A stretch of DNA of 64,000 nucleotides from Blepharisma stoltei ATCC 30299 (GCA_965603825.1 CBFDEM010000025.1:434001-498000); one strand, 5' to 3'; shown: positions 13,444 through 28,100, numbered from the stretch's first letter. A program made the numbers and translations. The notes: a model not told the origin generated them from the sequence alone.

Positions 13444-14275
13444 TGTAGCAAATACATATGATGGGCTGTATGCTGCTGATAAAACATCAGCAGGAGCCAA
13501 ATACTTTTACAGTTATACATTTATTTGTTATAGGATAGAGAGTACCCAGAATTGCAGACACAGCTTTTTGACGGTGAATCGTATGAAGAATTCGTTCTGA
13601 AAGTACAAGTAGTCCCAGCTAGCTCTTCATTTGTGACGCATACAGTGCAGTTTTGCCCTTTAGAAGCAGAGCAAGAAGAGCAAAGATCATTGCAGGCTGC
13701 TACACAATCGTTATTTGCTTTGAAAGAAAAGCCACTATTGCAAGAGCATCCCTTTTCACATATGCACTTTTTGCGAGTTGAACAGTCTTCAAGATCAGCA
13801 TTCTACGCAACTAGAGCATATTTGTGCTGAAGAGCAATTATCGCATTGATTAGTGCAAGCTTCACAAGTCGTGGAATCTAAATAGCAGCCATTGATGCAT
13901 CCCTTACAAATAGTAGCTGAATTGCATGAAGAGCATGGACTTATGCATTCAGTGCAAGCGTCTTGGTCATTTAAGTAAAATCCAGCATTGCAAGTACATT
14001 GAAGAGTTGTAGTATCAAAAGAAGTATTGGTATCAGTACATGCACAGGTGCCTGCAGCTGAGTCAAAAGTCATATGGACAGAATCCTCGCAGGCAGTACA
14101 AGAAGTAGCTAAATTTAAGCATGAAGAACATTTTGCAGTGCATATAGTGCAAGTATTTTGGCCATTTGAATAAAATCCTGTATTACAGATGCATAGAAGG
14201 GTAGAAGCCTTGGAACCAGATCACATGCACGTTCCTGCAGCTGAGTTAAAGGTCATATGAGTCGAATCTTCACAG
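12661..14275 (-). pseudogene. Chimeric, internally deleted polycystin-like pseudogene (type A Cys repeats joined to TM2-TM5; REJ and GPS missing)
   Basis: LEDHLALGLIIYRPSFTRVIRLFTLVVIIIFELLLEGLL at 12960-13160; 13420-14275 near-identical to 58985-59960. Confidence 0.85.
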
Positions 14276-14802
14276 ATTTTGAATATGGGTTGAGCTTAAA
14301 TGTTAGGCTGATGAGTCTATAATTTTAACAGAGATTTAAATGAGCTTTTTGGTCTTACTGGATAAATTTTTGAAGAAATAATTAAAAATAATTTTTTTGC
14401 AAAGAAGAGATTAATTAGCAAGTTACTCTTTAGCTATTTATAATTCGAATAATAAATTATAATAGACTTAATGCAGGATATCTCTTCGATTACAAAATAA
14501 CTAAATTTTTATTAATTGCAGCTAATTAATTATCAAGTATTTAAAATTAACTTAAACAGAAAATTTCTTTTATACATTTACTTTTATTTAAAATATAAAA
14601 AAATTTTAAATTACTAAATGCTTTATAAGTAATATAATTTTGATATTTAGTTTTCACTAAGTTATAAAATGTTTGATGTGATTCTCAAAGCAATATCTCT
14701 TATAGAGTCTATATAGATTTATTTTATAAACAGAATTATTTTTTACTCCTAATTAAGCTTACATTAATTAGAGGAGACAAAAAATTAAGAATAAAAGGTT
14801 AT

Positions 14803-17800
14803 TTAAGCCTTAGATTTGCTTGCTTCAACCGGAGGATAGCTTGAATGATGAAATACCTGGCAATCATGTAAATTGTTTACATGATAAAGACATTAATTAA
14901 GATTCCCCATAAGAAGCTAACCCACTCCATTTATGGCAGAAGTCATAGCTTAGCATCACAATTCCAACAATAGATCCAACGAGAATGGCAACTCCAAGAG
15001 CCACTGCAGCTGCTGACCATTGTGGAGCTTTAGTTCTATCAATGCTAAACGCAACAATCATAAAGATTTCAACAGGGATTGCAATTGCTAAAGCCAAAAT
15101 CATATACCCAAAGTAGTTTCCTTCATAGTCATCAAACAGTGTCTGAGTTGCTGTTTCGCTTCCTGAGTTGATATCTTCAAATCCAAAGTGCAGCAATCCT
15201 TCAAGCAATAGTTCAAAGATGATGACTACAACCAAAGTGAAGAGCCTTGCTACTCTCGAGAATGTTGGCCTATAATAGAATAATCCAAGAGCTAAATGGC
15301 CTTCAATTAACTCTTGAAGCTCATACTTGATTTTATCCTCAGACTTTTCATCATTTGATGGTCCTGCAATTTTTTGGACTATTGAGTTTTCAGTCAAATC
15401 AATTTCTTGCGACTCAACAACTTCATCGTCTAAACTGCCAGACTCTCCGCTTTCAACTGATTCTTCTCCTTGGATGCATGAACACTTATATCATGACGCA
15501 TTAGTCCTCGTTCAGTTGGTCTTGGAGAATGGAATGGTGAGTTGTGAGGCACATTCTTAGGGACTTAGTTTTGATCTGAGTGACTGCAGGGTGGCTAATT
15601 CTGTTGATAATCACCATAATTGGGGTAGAACCAAATCAATAAACAAAGTGATAGCAAGGATATAGAGAGGGGCGTAGTTATCGTCGCAGCTTGAGCAACT
15701 AGTTGGCACATAAGGAGGTGGATTGTCGCTAGGATTGATCTCTACAAGTTTGTACATTGAGAAATGGTAGACCTTGATTGTTACTGTTTGATTTTCGTTG
15801 TTGATGTTTGCAACCTTGCAGTTTGACTCAGTCCAATTTGAGTTCGTTTCACTATAATATTGCAGCCCCACACCATTCCTACAGAAACATTCTTGTAGAA
15901 AGACAGCTCAATGAGGAATGGATAGTTAGAAGATGAGTATGGAGCATAAGTTTCATCAGTATTTGTAAGAGTGTAGTCTTTATATGTGCCTAAATTTCCA
16001 AAGCTAAATATAGCGATATCAGAATGGCTATTGTTTGAATATCCCTGGTAGAAATTAGCTCTCATGTTCATAATGCTATCATCATCAAATTAAAGGGTGC
16101 TAGGATAAGTAAGTGTTTTATTGCTAGCATATTTCCTGCATTTCTTTTCTGAAATTTCTATCTTTATAAATCTGGACATTATCGGTATTTTGATTTCCAC
16201 TTAGCGATGATTGAGTCACTAGGCCATCATGGGTTGCTTTGATTGGCCAAGTAAGATAGAAGTCGTTGACGTACAAAACCGGTTTTTAAAGGCTTTTATC
16301 TAAGAAGCTAGTACTATTTCCATGATTCAAATAGCTCTCACCTATCAAAATCACTGTATTCATATTATCTTGGCTTAGGTAAAGTGTATTGTAAGTAGTC
16401 AAAATGCTATTAAGCCAAGTTATCAACTGCTCATACATACTAATGCTCATTAAATCTGTTTGGCTGTTCATAGAGTAAGCAGATCCCAGCAGATCCCAGC
16501 AGAGACTGAAATAAACTGACTATCATACTGCTTTTGTTTTGGACATAAGACTGCAAATCACTCCACATCTTTGCAAACAAAGAACTATCAATTGTAGCTC
16601 CTGAGCATATCAAAGTAATAGTAGATGGGATATTATCTGGATCAAGAGTCATGGGCAAGTAAGTAGTGTCTAGACGCCTTCCAGGCGAGTATTTGCTAAC
16701 TGTAAGTTTAGAAGATGAGTAATCTTCGCAAGTATCAAGCTGGTCACACACATGGACTTAAATAACCTGCTCGCCTGAAGACAGTTTGGATGAAATTTGA
16801 CTTTCTTCAGTGGTAGATCCTATAGTGTATTTCGAGTTTGATCCAGATGGAGAGTACTTGCACGTGTAAAGAAGTGGATAGTCCTCATCATCACGATCAA
16901 CGCAGCCACTTATTGAAATTGTAAAAGCATCAATTAAAGCCATTCCAGTTGTTGGCGACACAGCGAACGCTCCTGAGCAAGATGCTCCTAAGTAAATCGA
17001 GACAGACAAGTCAACGCTTAAGCTTACACTGCTAGAGTCTGTTATCTTTAAGGTGAAAGCATATGCCATTCCATCACTCATTGTTCCAGAAGGAATTGAA
17101 AGAGACGAAAGATTATTTGGTGAAATTGAAATCGATAATCCAGATTTTTGAGTCCATATAAGCGTAGACCCAGTGCTTGAGGAAACACTTGCTGAGTATT
17201 TGTTCTTATTCTGGCTGCTGGCTTTTGTAGCAATAGCTGGTATTTCAATTGAGCTAGAAGTATCAACATTTAAGACATTGAGAGTTATGGCTAAGCTTGC
17301 TGTTCTAGTATCTTTCGATATTGTGCAAGTTATATCCCATTCAGCACCTTTTACAATCTTTGCTGAAGGAATAGTAAGTGCGCTATTTGCTTCATTGCTT
17401 AGTAAGATTGAGTCATCTGCACCTTTGCATGTCGACCCATCTTCGTGATTAGCACAGGTCCAAGCATAAGTAAGAATTGAAGAATCATCTGGATCTTTGG
17501 ACTTATCAGCATTGACGGTATAATCTTTGGATGAAGAAATTTGTCCGCTACTTTAGACAACTCAATATATAGAGGAGAAGATGTAACTGTAATAGAAACT
17601 GTAGCACTACCAGTAACTGTTGTTCCACTATTGTCTTGAGAAGCAGTTGCTGTGAAAGAATATGGACCTCGAGAAGTAAACGTGCTCTTAGGTATCGATA
17701 ATTTTTGAGTTTTAGTGCTTGAAGCAAGAGAAGATGCTTTACTATTATCTGTGGTTGAAACATAAGACCATTTCCAGGATATGGCGCTTGTTGAGCTTCC

Positions 17801-20520
17801 ACAAACTGATGCCACTTTAGCTTTCACTTCTTTGATATCAGAAGTTTTCATTGATACTGAACTGCTTAAGCCAAATGAAACGGATAGAGACTGTTGAGGA
17901 GAAATTGATGTTACTACGGATGCAGAGCTTGCTCTGTCACTGAGCCATTTTTGATTGCTGCAGTCTAGATTAAAAATGCAGCAGAAGATACTGAGGAAAG
18001 TTTGTCTCTAGTAATTGCTAAAGATGGTGATGCTTGCTTTTCAATCCAAGATGTCAAACTTGAAAGAGCAGAAGACATTTTAGCTTTCCAAGTATAAGTG
18101 AAATTACCTCCAAAAGACCCAGAAGACTTATCAGATGAGTAAAGGAGTGAGTCACTTCCGCATCCAAGAGAGATAGATTCTGGGCCTGATAATTTTACAG
18201 TTGGACTTGTGTTTGATCCCATAGCTATTGAAACACTTAATGCTTGCTAGTTTGTTGTACATGCATCTTTTGTATCTTTAAGAATATACGTGCAATCTAA
18301 ATCAATAGACCCATTTCTTAGCTGGAATCCCAAGCCTAAGGCAATTTTCAAATCTTTGAGTCAGTCCAAGAACAAGCAGGGCTGGTTCTCATCATAATAT
18401 AAGAATCATAAGTTAATGTCTTGGAGCAAATTGGATCTGCTGAAATACTTATTGAAACCTTAAATGCTATAATCACAGAAGTGTACGAAGAGCTATATGC
18501 TGCGCTTACAACGTCTGAAGGTGCGAGATATTTCTTGCACACAACATTTTTGCAATTTGAATAAGTATAGCCAGAGTTACACTGACAGCTTTTTGAGGCT
18601 GAATCATATGAAGAATTGGTTGTGCATGCACAAGCTGCTCCAGTTAGCTTTGCATTAGTGATGCATACAGAGCACTTCTTGCCATCATTGGCGTCACAAG
18701 AAGTGCAAAGATTGTTACAGTTACTATACAGTCGTTTGAAGAGTTCAGAGTATAACCAGTATTGCAAGCACACAGGCCATCCGATATTGATGCATTTGCC
18801 TTGCAAGCTGTACAAACTGCAGCAGATGTGCATTAAGAGCATGAAATCGACATTGAGTGTATTTTCAGCCAGATGGATAATAGCCATCATTGAATGAGCA
18901 TGTGCTATCATTTCATTTGCATTATCAACGCATTTAGTGCATTTTGTTGCAGTTGAGCAAGATAAACATTGATTAGTGCATGACTTGCAGGTATCTGTAT
19001 CTAAATAGCTGGTAGATGAGCAGGCACAAGTTGATGTTCAGATCCCTCAAATGTTGATGTGCATGTAGTACAAGTTCCATAACTAGTGGTAGAGCAAGCT
19101 TCACAGTGAGCCAATGAGCATTTGCAAGATGATGTTGTAGCATCCAACTAAACCCAGACTGGCACTCTTGGCATACTCCATATGATGCCATTGAGCAAGT
19201 CTTGTAGTACTAATTGAGCACTCGCAAGACTTGGTCGAGTCGTTAAAAGTAAACCCATATTGGCATGTATCGCAATTTCTATGTGCAGTTGTTGAGCAGG
19301 TTGCACAATTAGCAATTGAGCACAAGCATTTAGATGAAGTAGAATCCTAGCTAAACCCGGATTGATAAGTATCGCAAATTTGTGAATTAGATCCTGAGCA
19401 CATTTTACAATTTTCAACTGCACATGCAGCAGTGCAATGTCCAGACATTAACTTATATCCATGAGCGCATGATGCGAAATTATTAGAGTTATCAGTTGCG
19501 CAAGTCTTACAATTATTCTGGGCATCTGTGCATAGACAAGATCCTGATGTCAGTGTCGTCCCTTAGCCACGTTTTGAGCAATACCTGAGTTATCAGCTAC
19601 ACAAGTCTCACAATGGTGCTTTCCAGCTGTACATACACAAGATCCTGATGACAAGTCTGTTGCTGAATCACATGTGCCACACGTTGTGCTATCTGAATAG
19701 GTAGTACAATGGTTGGCTATAAAAACCCAATCCATATTAGGATGCATTATAAACCTATATGTGGTTGCTAAGAATACATGATATGAGTTCTCGTTGACGA
19801 AACAATGTGCCTTCATGTTTTAGCTCGTTAAGCATTTTTTTACGAACCAAAACCTCTATATGTGCATGCTATCAATAATATAAAAAAATACGTTATTATT
19901 ACTCTAAATTACGTTGAAAAAATTGATATTTCATGTAATTTATTTACCCACAAAAGGCAAAATGAGATTCTCATAGATTAAAATCTATTTAGTTTACTCA
20001 AGAGATACTTCTTATTGGTCTGTTCAATATAAAAAAGTATATTAGATTTTGGAAGCCAACGTTGCATGCTGCTCAATTAGTTGTGCTTTCAGAGCAAGTT
20101 TAAAATGTTGAATCGCAGCTTGTTACATATAAAGAAGCTTTATTAAAGTAGCCAGTATCGCATGTATAAGTAGCTGATGATAAATCTATATTTGATAATT
20201 GATGCAAGCTAAACAAACCGAACTTCCTGATCCTGAACAAGTAGCACAAGCTGAGTCGTAGGCTTAGCAATTATCTGTTGTCCCATAGTATCTAAGCTGC
20301 ATGAGCATAATAAAATTTTTTTGGCCACTCAAGTAGGGGGGAAGTGAGCATCATGAACAAACTTCGCTTTCTTCTGTTGATTTTAAATAGCAAGTTGAGC
20401 AGGCAGAGTTGCCTGATCCTAGAGAAGTAGCACAAATTGAATCGCAAGTTATTTACAGCTCCATAATATCTTGAATCAATGATCAGCAAACGCCTATTAC
20501 TGTTGCATATGATTTTATGG
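14803..20520 (-). pseudogene. Heavily frameshifted polycystin-1-like (Cys-rich, REJ, GPS, 5TM) pseudogene
   Basis: Colinear fragments of 25648-30400: CKKYLAPSDVVSA, AISWKWSY, DRDDEDYPLLY, PGRRLD, KMWSDLQSY, WTESNC..KVYHFSMY, EGHLALGLFYYRPTFSRVARL; stop at the family-conserved aaaggttatttaa 3' end. Confidence 0.9.
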
Positions 20521-20720
20521 CCATTTCAATCATAGTGCTTCATAACGTATTTTACTTTCTTCTGATATATGTATTTTGGAATTATCTAATAAAAAACGTT
20601 GTATAGCTTCTTAATTTTTGATTTTTTCCAAATAAATGCCTTGTTAAAGCAATAATAAAATGATTAGATTTTTGGGTATTGCTATTTTCTCTAATTGCTG
20701 CTGCTAAAATCCCATTTCAG

Positions 20721-22393
20721 CTTAGGACTTCATCAATAACGTTGTATGATCTTTTTATTGTGGGCTTATACAAGATGCACTTTTAGCTCATTTTATTCCA
20801 ACTGTAGTTCCTTTGCAATAATCTATTGTAAATTCGTCAATAGTTAATATTTCTTTATAGCCTTAAAGAAGCTCAATGTCTTTTGCTGCAATTTTTGACT
20901 CTCGAGTACATTAGTATCTCCATCATTGCATGTGGATGAATTCAGTTCCTTTTATACTTATATTCACTCTTTTTCATATAGTAATATATATGATGCCGCT
21001 TTAAATTGTATTCATGTTTAGAGTTCAATATATTAGTTCTTTCATTTACGGATGAAGCTGATAAAACTTTCTATTAATGCTATCGATATTTTTTATATTA
21101 TCGTCATGCTTGATCTAAAGTTTTTTCTTTTGGTAATCAATAATGTTCGGTCATTTTGATATTATCATTTTTTTATGACTAGAGAATAGCTTACTCTAAA
21201 TATTGATCCTATAAAGCGCCAATTGCATAACGATGATTGTCTCTATATTCTAAAATTCTTGATTTGCCAAATAAATATTTTTGATGTTCTTGGTTTTTCT
21301 TTGATTTTTTAATTTGATCTGCCATTCATTAATTTTTGTGTCTTCTTGTTCAGCCCTTCTTTTATGATTTGCATAGACCCAAAAAACTAATCGATCAAGC
21401 TTTCTTGTATAATTATGATACTGCTAATTAGTGAGAAGATCTTTTTCGTAGAAATCAATACCAAAATAGTGAGAAAAAAAAAATCTATTAATATTGTTTT
21501 ACTCAATTTAAATTTTCTGTTCTTCCAAAGGAAACACTGATAGAGTTTGCAGAAAAATGAAGGAATCTATCAAAATTAAGGCAGGACTTGCGTCTTATAT
21601 TATACTTTTCATATGATTTTTTTAGAATTGATGAAAAAGCTTTTATATTTTTTTATGTCATAAATTCAAGCATTTATCAGTGTTTATAATTGCGCATAGT
21701 ATTAAAGAATTAGTTACTACACAAATATCCGTTTAATAACAAAATATGAGGTTTATTTGATATCTTGATCTTAAAATTTTTTCTTAATTCCTTTCTACTA
21801 TTAGAGCAAAACAATTTTTGTTCTAAAATTAAGTTAAATGTCTGGCTCCTAAAATCTTTGCACCTCATATGTAGATACCTATTATATTGATGCAAACATC
21901 CCAAATTTTAAAGATGGTGAGCACACGGCTAAGAGTTCAACAGAAAGAATTCCCAAGGATGCCTACATCAGGGCCTATCCTCTTTAGTCTGGCTATCATT
22001 CACAACAAAACTATCCCCTAAATATAGTTCACCTAACTCTTATAACAAATCTCTCCTTCAGGGTCCTTAATTCAATATATTCCGTGCAGCAATTATTCTC
22101 CTTTAGTTCTTAAAATTACTAAAATTTTTATAACGCTGATTATACTAGAAATACTGTCATCTACTATCTTTGTATTAAAAAATTAATTTTATAATGTAAG
22201 TGAGCTAATTCATTATATAATTAATAAACATTTAGTGAGTAGAAGGGAATTTTGAGTTTCATGATTTTTTGACGAAATTATATGATCTCATTTTAAATCT
22301 AAATTTATTTGGCATAATATAAGATAGTGTGTTGGCTAGAAGATATAAATCCTAAATTGATATTTAAGAATTATTTGAGTTGTATTAAGCTTA
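20721..22393. repeat. Direct segmental duplication, copy 1 (copy 2 at 23954-25128), flanking the LINE fragment
   Basis: cttaggacttca..gttgtatgatcttttta at 20721 and 23954; gatatttaagaattatttgagt..attaag at ~22360-22389 and ~25099-25128; the middles of the two copies differ. Confidence 0.9.
21905..22000 (+). mobile_element. Possible tiny non-LTR reverse transcriptase motif-4 remnant
   Basis: With frameshifts reads LKDGEHTAKSSTE.IP/QGC/.SGPILFSLAI, resembling the RT QG..GP.LFSLAI motif; short and degenerate. Confidence 0.3.
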
Positions 22394-23953
22394 AGAAATT
22401 TAATGATTACTAATGATATTTCTATTCTTGGAATTGCTGAAACATGACTGAAAACTTCCTTATATATTCAAGGATTTATCTGAATTGGAAATAATGGGCC
22501 AATTGCTGGCAACAGAGGATCAGGCGGAACTGGGTTACTAATACATGAAACATTTGCAAATCTAATAACATCAATTGAAACTAACAATCATAGAATAACA
22601 GCAACATTAATTGAAGATTACTTAATAATAGTAGCTTATGCCCCAGTAGTAGCAAATCACCAAAGTAAGAAATCAATTGATGACTATATTAACTTTATCA
22701 TAGAAGTTCAAGAAATTATTCAAAAGAATCAAAAGGATAGACGTCAAATAGTACTATTGGGTGATTTTAATGCACATCTAAAAGGATATTTATCTGAAAT
22801 CGATGATCTAACAGGAGAGATATTTTCTAAATTTATAAAAGATTCTCATCTATACATTCTCAATGATATGCAAATATCAACTTTTAGAGGTCATAATACA
22901 CACAATTATTGATTACATTCTCTCAAACTCAACATCAGAAATTATTTATATAGAAGTCCCTCAATTAAATACTAACCATATTTTACTCCTATCACGCATT
23001 TCGATAATTATATCATTAGGAACTCAAAAAGCAATTATTCCATGATATAAACTAGAAGGAGATGAACATGAAGCCTTTAAAAGCAGACTCTTCCTTAAAT
23101 TCAAAGAAAAAGGTATTTTCATAACAAATAACCCTTCTCAAATCTATACCGAAATAAAGACTATCTTAGATGAAGAATCAATTATTCTAAAAACTAAATT
23201 ACAGCCTGATCATTTTAAAACTCCAGAAATGAAAATTTTAAGGAAAAGAATTAACAAACTCAAAGAATGAATCAAATTTTGCTATTCTCAGAAAAATAAT
23301 GAATTTATTGAAAGAATACGGAAAGTAAAGAAAATATGCATTGATCAGTTAAAAAGACTAGATAGATATGAAATAATAAGTGAAAATAGATTAAAACAAT
23401 GCATAAATGATCCCTATGGAGCTTGAAACAAAATAAAAAGATTATTGAATAAAAACAAACTGGTCTTACCAATGAATGCATTTGAGATTCAATCTTGAAC
23501 AAAAGAATTTGAAGATCAATTTAGGAGTACGATATCTTTTATTCCACAAGCAGGTTGTCTAGAAGATGAACTTTGAAACTCAAAAAAGATTGAGAATATT
23601 ATTAAATCTTTGCCTAACAGAAAAGCTCCTGGACCAGATAATATAACGAATGAAATAATAAAAAAAGGAGGAGATATAATGGTAGAAGCAATAACACATT
23701 TTTTAAATACTTGCAGAATTTATGGTATACCGGATGTTGCAAATGAAGCTAAGACTATTCTTATATATAAAGGTAAAGGAAATCATAAAGAACTGAAGAA
23801 TCACAGACCTATAACATTAATGAACAGTTTTATGAAGATTCTTGACAAGGCTGAACTAAGAAAAATTGAAAACAACGTTAAGATCTCAGATAGACAACAT
23901 GGGTTTAGAAAAGGAAAATCATGCATAACACAAAGTTTCTTACTGAAAAATAC
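22390..23953 (+). mobile_element. LINE (APE endonuclease plus RT) non-LTR retrotransposon ORF2 fragment, truncated at both ends
   Basis: Endonuclease motifs ILGIAET[TGA=W]L, RGSGGTG, AYAP, LLGDFNAH, IIDYIL (one frameshift ~22900). RT N-terminal motifs KAPGPDNI, ILIYKGKG, NHRPITLMN..KILDK, QHGFRKGKSC. Cut before the QG/YADD motifs. Confidence 0.92.
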
Positions 23954-25128
23954 CTTAGGACTTCAACAATAATGTTGTATGATCTTTTTATTATAAGCTT
24001 ATACAAGATGCACTTTTGGCTAATTTTGTTCCAGCCATAAGTTCTTTTGCCATAATCTATTGTAAATTTGTCAACATTAATATTTCTTTATAGCCTTAAA
24101 GAAGTTCAAAATCTTTTGCTGCAAATTTTTGACTCTCGAGTAAATTAGCATCCTCCATCACTGCATGTATATGAACCCAGCTCCTTTTATACTTATATTC
24201 ACTCTTTTCGAACTGTAATATAGTTTATGCCGCTTTACATTGAATTCATGTTTAGAGTTATATATTAGTTCTTTCATTTACAGATAAAACTGGATAAAGG
24301 CTTCTATTAATGTTATCGATATTTTTATATATTATTGTCATGCTTGATCTAAAGTTTTTTCTTTTATTAATCAATAATGTATGGTAATTTTGATATAATT
24401 ATGTTTTTATAGCTAAAGAATAGCTTCTCCAAATATTCATCCTATGAGACTTTCTAATGGAACAGCAGAACAATAAAACAGGTTAGCCGAGATAAATATT
24501 CTCTACTATTTGTCTGAACCATTTAGAGGCTCGACGATTGCTATTTAAAATGTTTTATTGAGTTAAATTGCAAAGCTAAACCTACAGAACTTAAGTAATT
24601 TAAAGATAAAGTTGAAAATATCCCATTTGCTCAGTATCTGGCTTTTATCTATTTATGTTCTCTAATAATTATCATGGCCTTTAGTCAATATAGCTACACC
24701 TAATAACCTATACTATTTATCCATTTTGGTCTGGCTATCCTTCACAACAAAAACCCCTAAATAAATATAGGAAGGGCCTATATAATCACCTAACTCTTAT
24801 AATAAATCTCTCTTTCGGACCCCTTAATTCAATATACTCCGTGCAGCTATTATTCTCCTTCAGTTCTTCAATTTGCATTTGCATTATTTTTTATCCTAGA
24901 ACTATTATCTTTGTATTAAAAATGAATTTTATAATGTAAGTGAGCTAATTCCATATAAAATTAATAAAAATCTAGAGACTAGGAGGAAATTTTGAGTTTC
25001 ATGATATTTTGAGGCAATTATATGATTTAATTTAAATCTAAATTTCTTTGACATAATATAAGATAGTAGCTCGCTAGAAAATATAAAATCATAAATCGAT
25101 ATTTAAGAATTATTTGAGTAGCATTAAG
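23954..25128. repeat. Direct segmental duplication, copy 2 of 20721-22393
   Basis: Shared start and end blocks with 20721-22393, as listed for copy 1. Confidence 0.9.
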
Positions 25129-28100
25129 TTTGCTTAGCAGCATGTGCAATCAATTTATTGAAATTGATTAGAATTTGAATTCAAACACTTTGCAAGATAA
25201 AAATTAGTAATTTTCAGGTAGCCAAGAGCATGCAAAAGTTAATTTTTATTTATTATTCTATTTTAGACATTTAGCAGAGACTCCTGGAGGAATATATTTT
25301 TGATGACAGCTAAGGAAATCACAATTTTTCATAATAAAACTGTGGTTTTAATATACGAACCCACATATTTAACACTAATTCCATATGCCGATTTATGCCT
25401 ATAAATGAAGTAGCATTAAAATGAAATAATGAAAGCCATTTATTCAAAAAGGCTATAAATATTTATTAAAATTATATCAAAAATGATAGAAATTCTAATA
25501 TTTCAAGTAAAGAACTTTGTTATAATAACAATATTTTCTTATCTGTTAGAAATAAACTTTATATATTAATATAGAATATTAAATAAGCAATATGTAATTA
25601 TTAAATTAATATATTTTACTAACACAAAATTAAGAATGAAAGGTTATTTAAGCCTTAGATTTGGATTCTTCAACTGGAGGAAAAGCTTGTATAATGAAGT
25701 ATCTGACAATCATGTAGATTGTTTGCATAATAAAGATCTCGATTAAGACTCCGCGTAAGAAGCTCACAGCCCAGTATCCACTCCATTTATGACAGAAATC
25801 ATAGCTTAGCATCACAATACCAACAATGGAGCCAATAAGAATAGCAACTCCGAGAGTCACTGCAGCTGCTGACCATTGTGGAGCCTTAGTTCTATCAATG
25901 CTAAATGCAACTATCATGAAAATTTCAATTGGGATTGTAATTGCCAAAGCCAAGATCATGCATCCGAAGTAGTTTCCTTCATAGTCATCAAATAGCGTCT
26001 GAGTTGCTGTTTCATTTCCTGATTTAATATCTTCAAATCCAAAGTAGAGCAGTCCTTCAAGTAGCAATTCAAAGATGATAACTACGATCAAAGTGAATAA
26101 TCTTGCAATCCTAGTAAATGATGATCTATAATAGAATAATCCAAAAGTTAAATGTCCTTCAATTAATTCTTCAAGCTCATACTTTCCTTCATCCTCAGGT
26201 TTCTCGCCGTCAGTTGGACCTGCAACTTGCTGGGCAATCGAGTTTTCTGTTAAATGAATTTCTTGAGATTCTACGACTTCGTCATCTGAACTACGAGACT
26301 CTCCACTTTGGACAGACTCTTCTCCTTGAGATGCATGGATACTTATGTCATGGCGCATTAGCGTTCTCTCAGATGGTATTGGAGAATGAGATGATGAGTT
26401 ATGAGATGCATTCTTTGCTTGAGCTTCAGTAAGTTGAGGATGGCTAATTCTGTCAATAATGACCATGATCGGAGCAAGTATCAAGCCAATGAACAAAGTA
26501 ACAAGAAGAATGTAGATTGGAGCATAGCTATCGTCACAGCTCGAGCTTGCTCTTGGGAAATATATAGGAGGATTGTCACTTGGGTTAATCTCAGTGAATC
26601 TGTACATTGAGAAGTGGTAGACTTTGAAAGTAATCGTTTGTTTAGTATTATTTATTTCTGCTACCTTACAACTTGAATCAGTCCAGTTTCCGAGCGTATC
26701 ATTGTAATATTGGCAACCCCATACCATGCCTTCAGAAACATTCTTGTAGAAAGGCTGTTCAATGAGGAATGGATAGTCTGAAGAGGAGAATGGAACTTCT
26801 GTTTCATCTGCTTGAGTGAGAGTATAATCTTTGTATGTACCTGAATTTCCAAAGCTGAATAAAGCAATATCAGAAAAGACATCATCTGTGTACCCTATGT
26901 AGAAATTGGCTCTCATGTTCATAATACTCTCCTCATCAAATTCAAGAGTACTTGGATAAGTAAGAACTCTATTGTTTGCGTATGTCTTAGTTGTATTTTC
27001 CATATCCGCTTTGAAGTTTCTTTCTTTATAAATCATAGTATTATCAGTATTTTGCTTTCCGCTTAGTGAAGATTGAGTTACTAAGTCTTCATAGGTAGCT
27101 TTAGCTGCCCAAGTAAGATAAAAGCTGTTGATGTACAATACGGATTTTTCAAAGGTCAAATCTGAGAAACTGGTGCTGTTTCCATATTTCAAGTAGCTCT
27201 CACCTATCATAACAACTGTGTTCATATTATCTTGGCTTGGATAGAGTGTGCTGAAGGTAGTCAAAATACTATTAAGCCAAGTGATTATCTTATCATAGAT
27301 GCTAATGCTCATTAAATCAGTTTGTCCTGTCATTGAGTAAGCAGATTTTAGAATAGATTGTAATAGTGTCGTCGTCATGTCATTTTGACTTTTAATATAA
27401 GATTGTAAGTCACTTCACATCTTTGTGAACAAAGAACTATCAATAGTAGCGCTGGAGCAGAACAAAGTAATAGAAGAAGAAATATTATCTGGATCAAGAG
27501 TCATTGACATATAAGCATCCATTAATGAACTAGTATCGAGACCCCTTGAAGGAGAATATTTGCTTACTGAAACCACTTTAGATGAGTAGTCATTACAAGT
27601 ATCAAGCTGATCACAAACATGAGCTGAAACATATTGATCACCTATAGACAACTTAGTTGAAATTTGATTTTCTTCAGTTGTAGACCCAATAGTGTATTTT
27701 GTGTCTGAGTTGTTCAGATAATACTTGTATGTGTAGAGAAGTGGATAGTTTTTGTTATTAAGATTTATATATCTAGTTATAGAAATTAAAAATGTATCAA
27801 TCAAGGTCATTCCGCTCGATGGAGATATATCGGGATCAGCTTGACAGGATGCACCTAAGTTAACTGAGATGGATAAGTCAACACTTAAGCTCACACCGCT
27901 AGAGTCTGTAATCTTTAAAGTGAAAACATATGTCATCCCATCAGCCATTGATCCTGAAGGAATTGAAAGAGTTGGGAGATTATTTGGTGATATATCAATT
28001 GACGATCCAGATTTCTGCGACCACTCAAATTTCGAATCAGCACTTGAAGAAACACTAGCTGAGTATTTATTCTTACTCTGACTGTTAGCTTTCGTAGCAA

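Noticed and set aside
22390-23953. RT next to variable repeats as a diversity-generating retroelement or retron
   Set aside because: The RT is fused to an APE endonuclease (LINE type) and truncated before its catalytic motif; I saw no template/variable repeat pair with adenine-specific differences.
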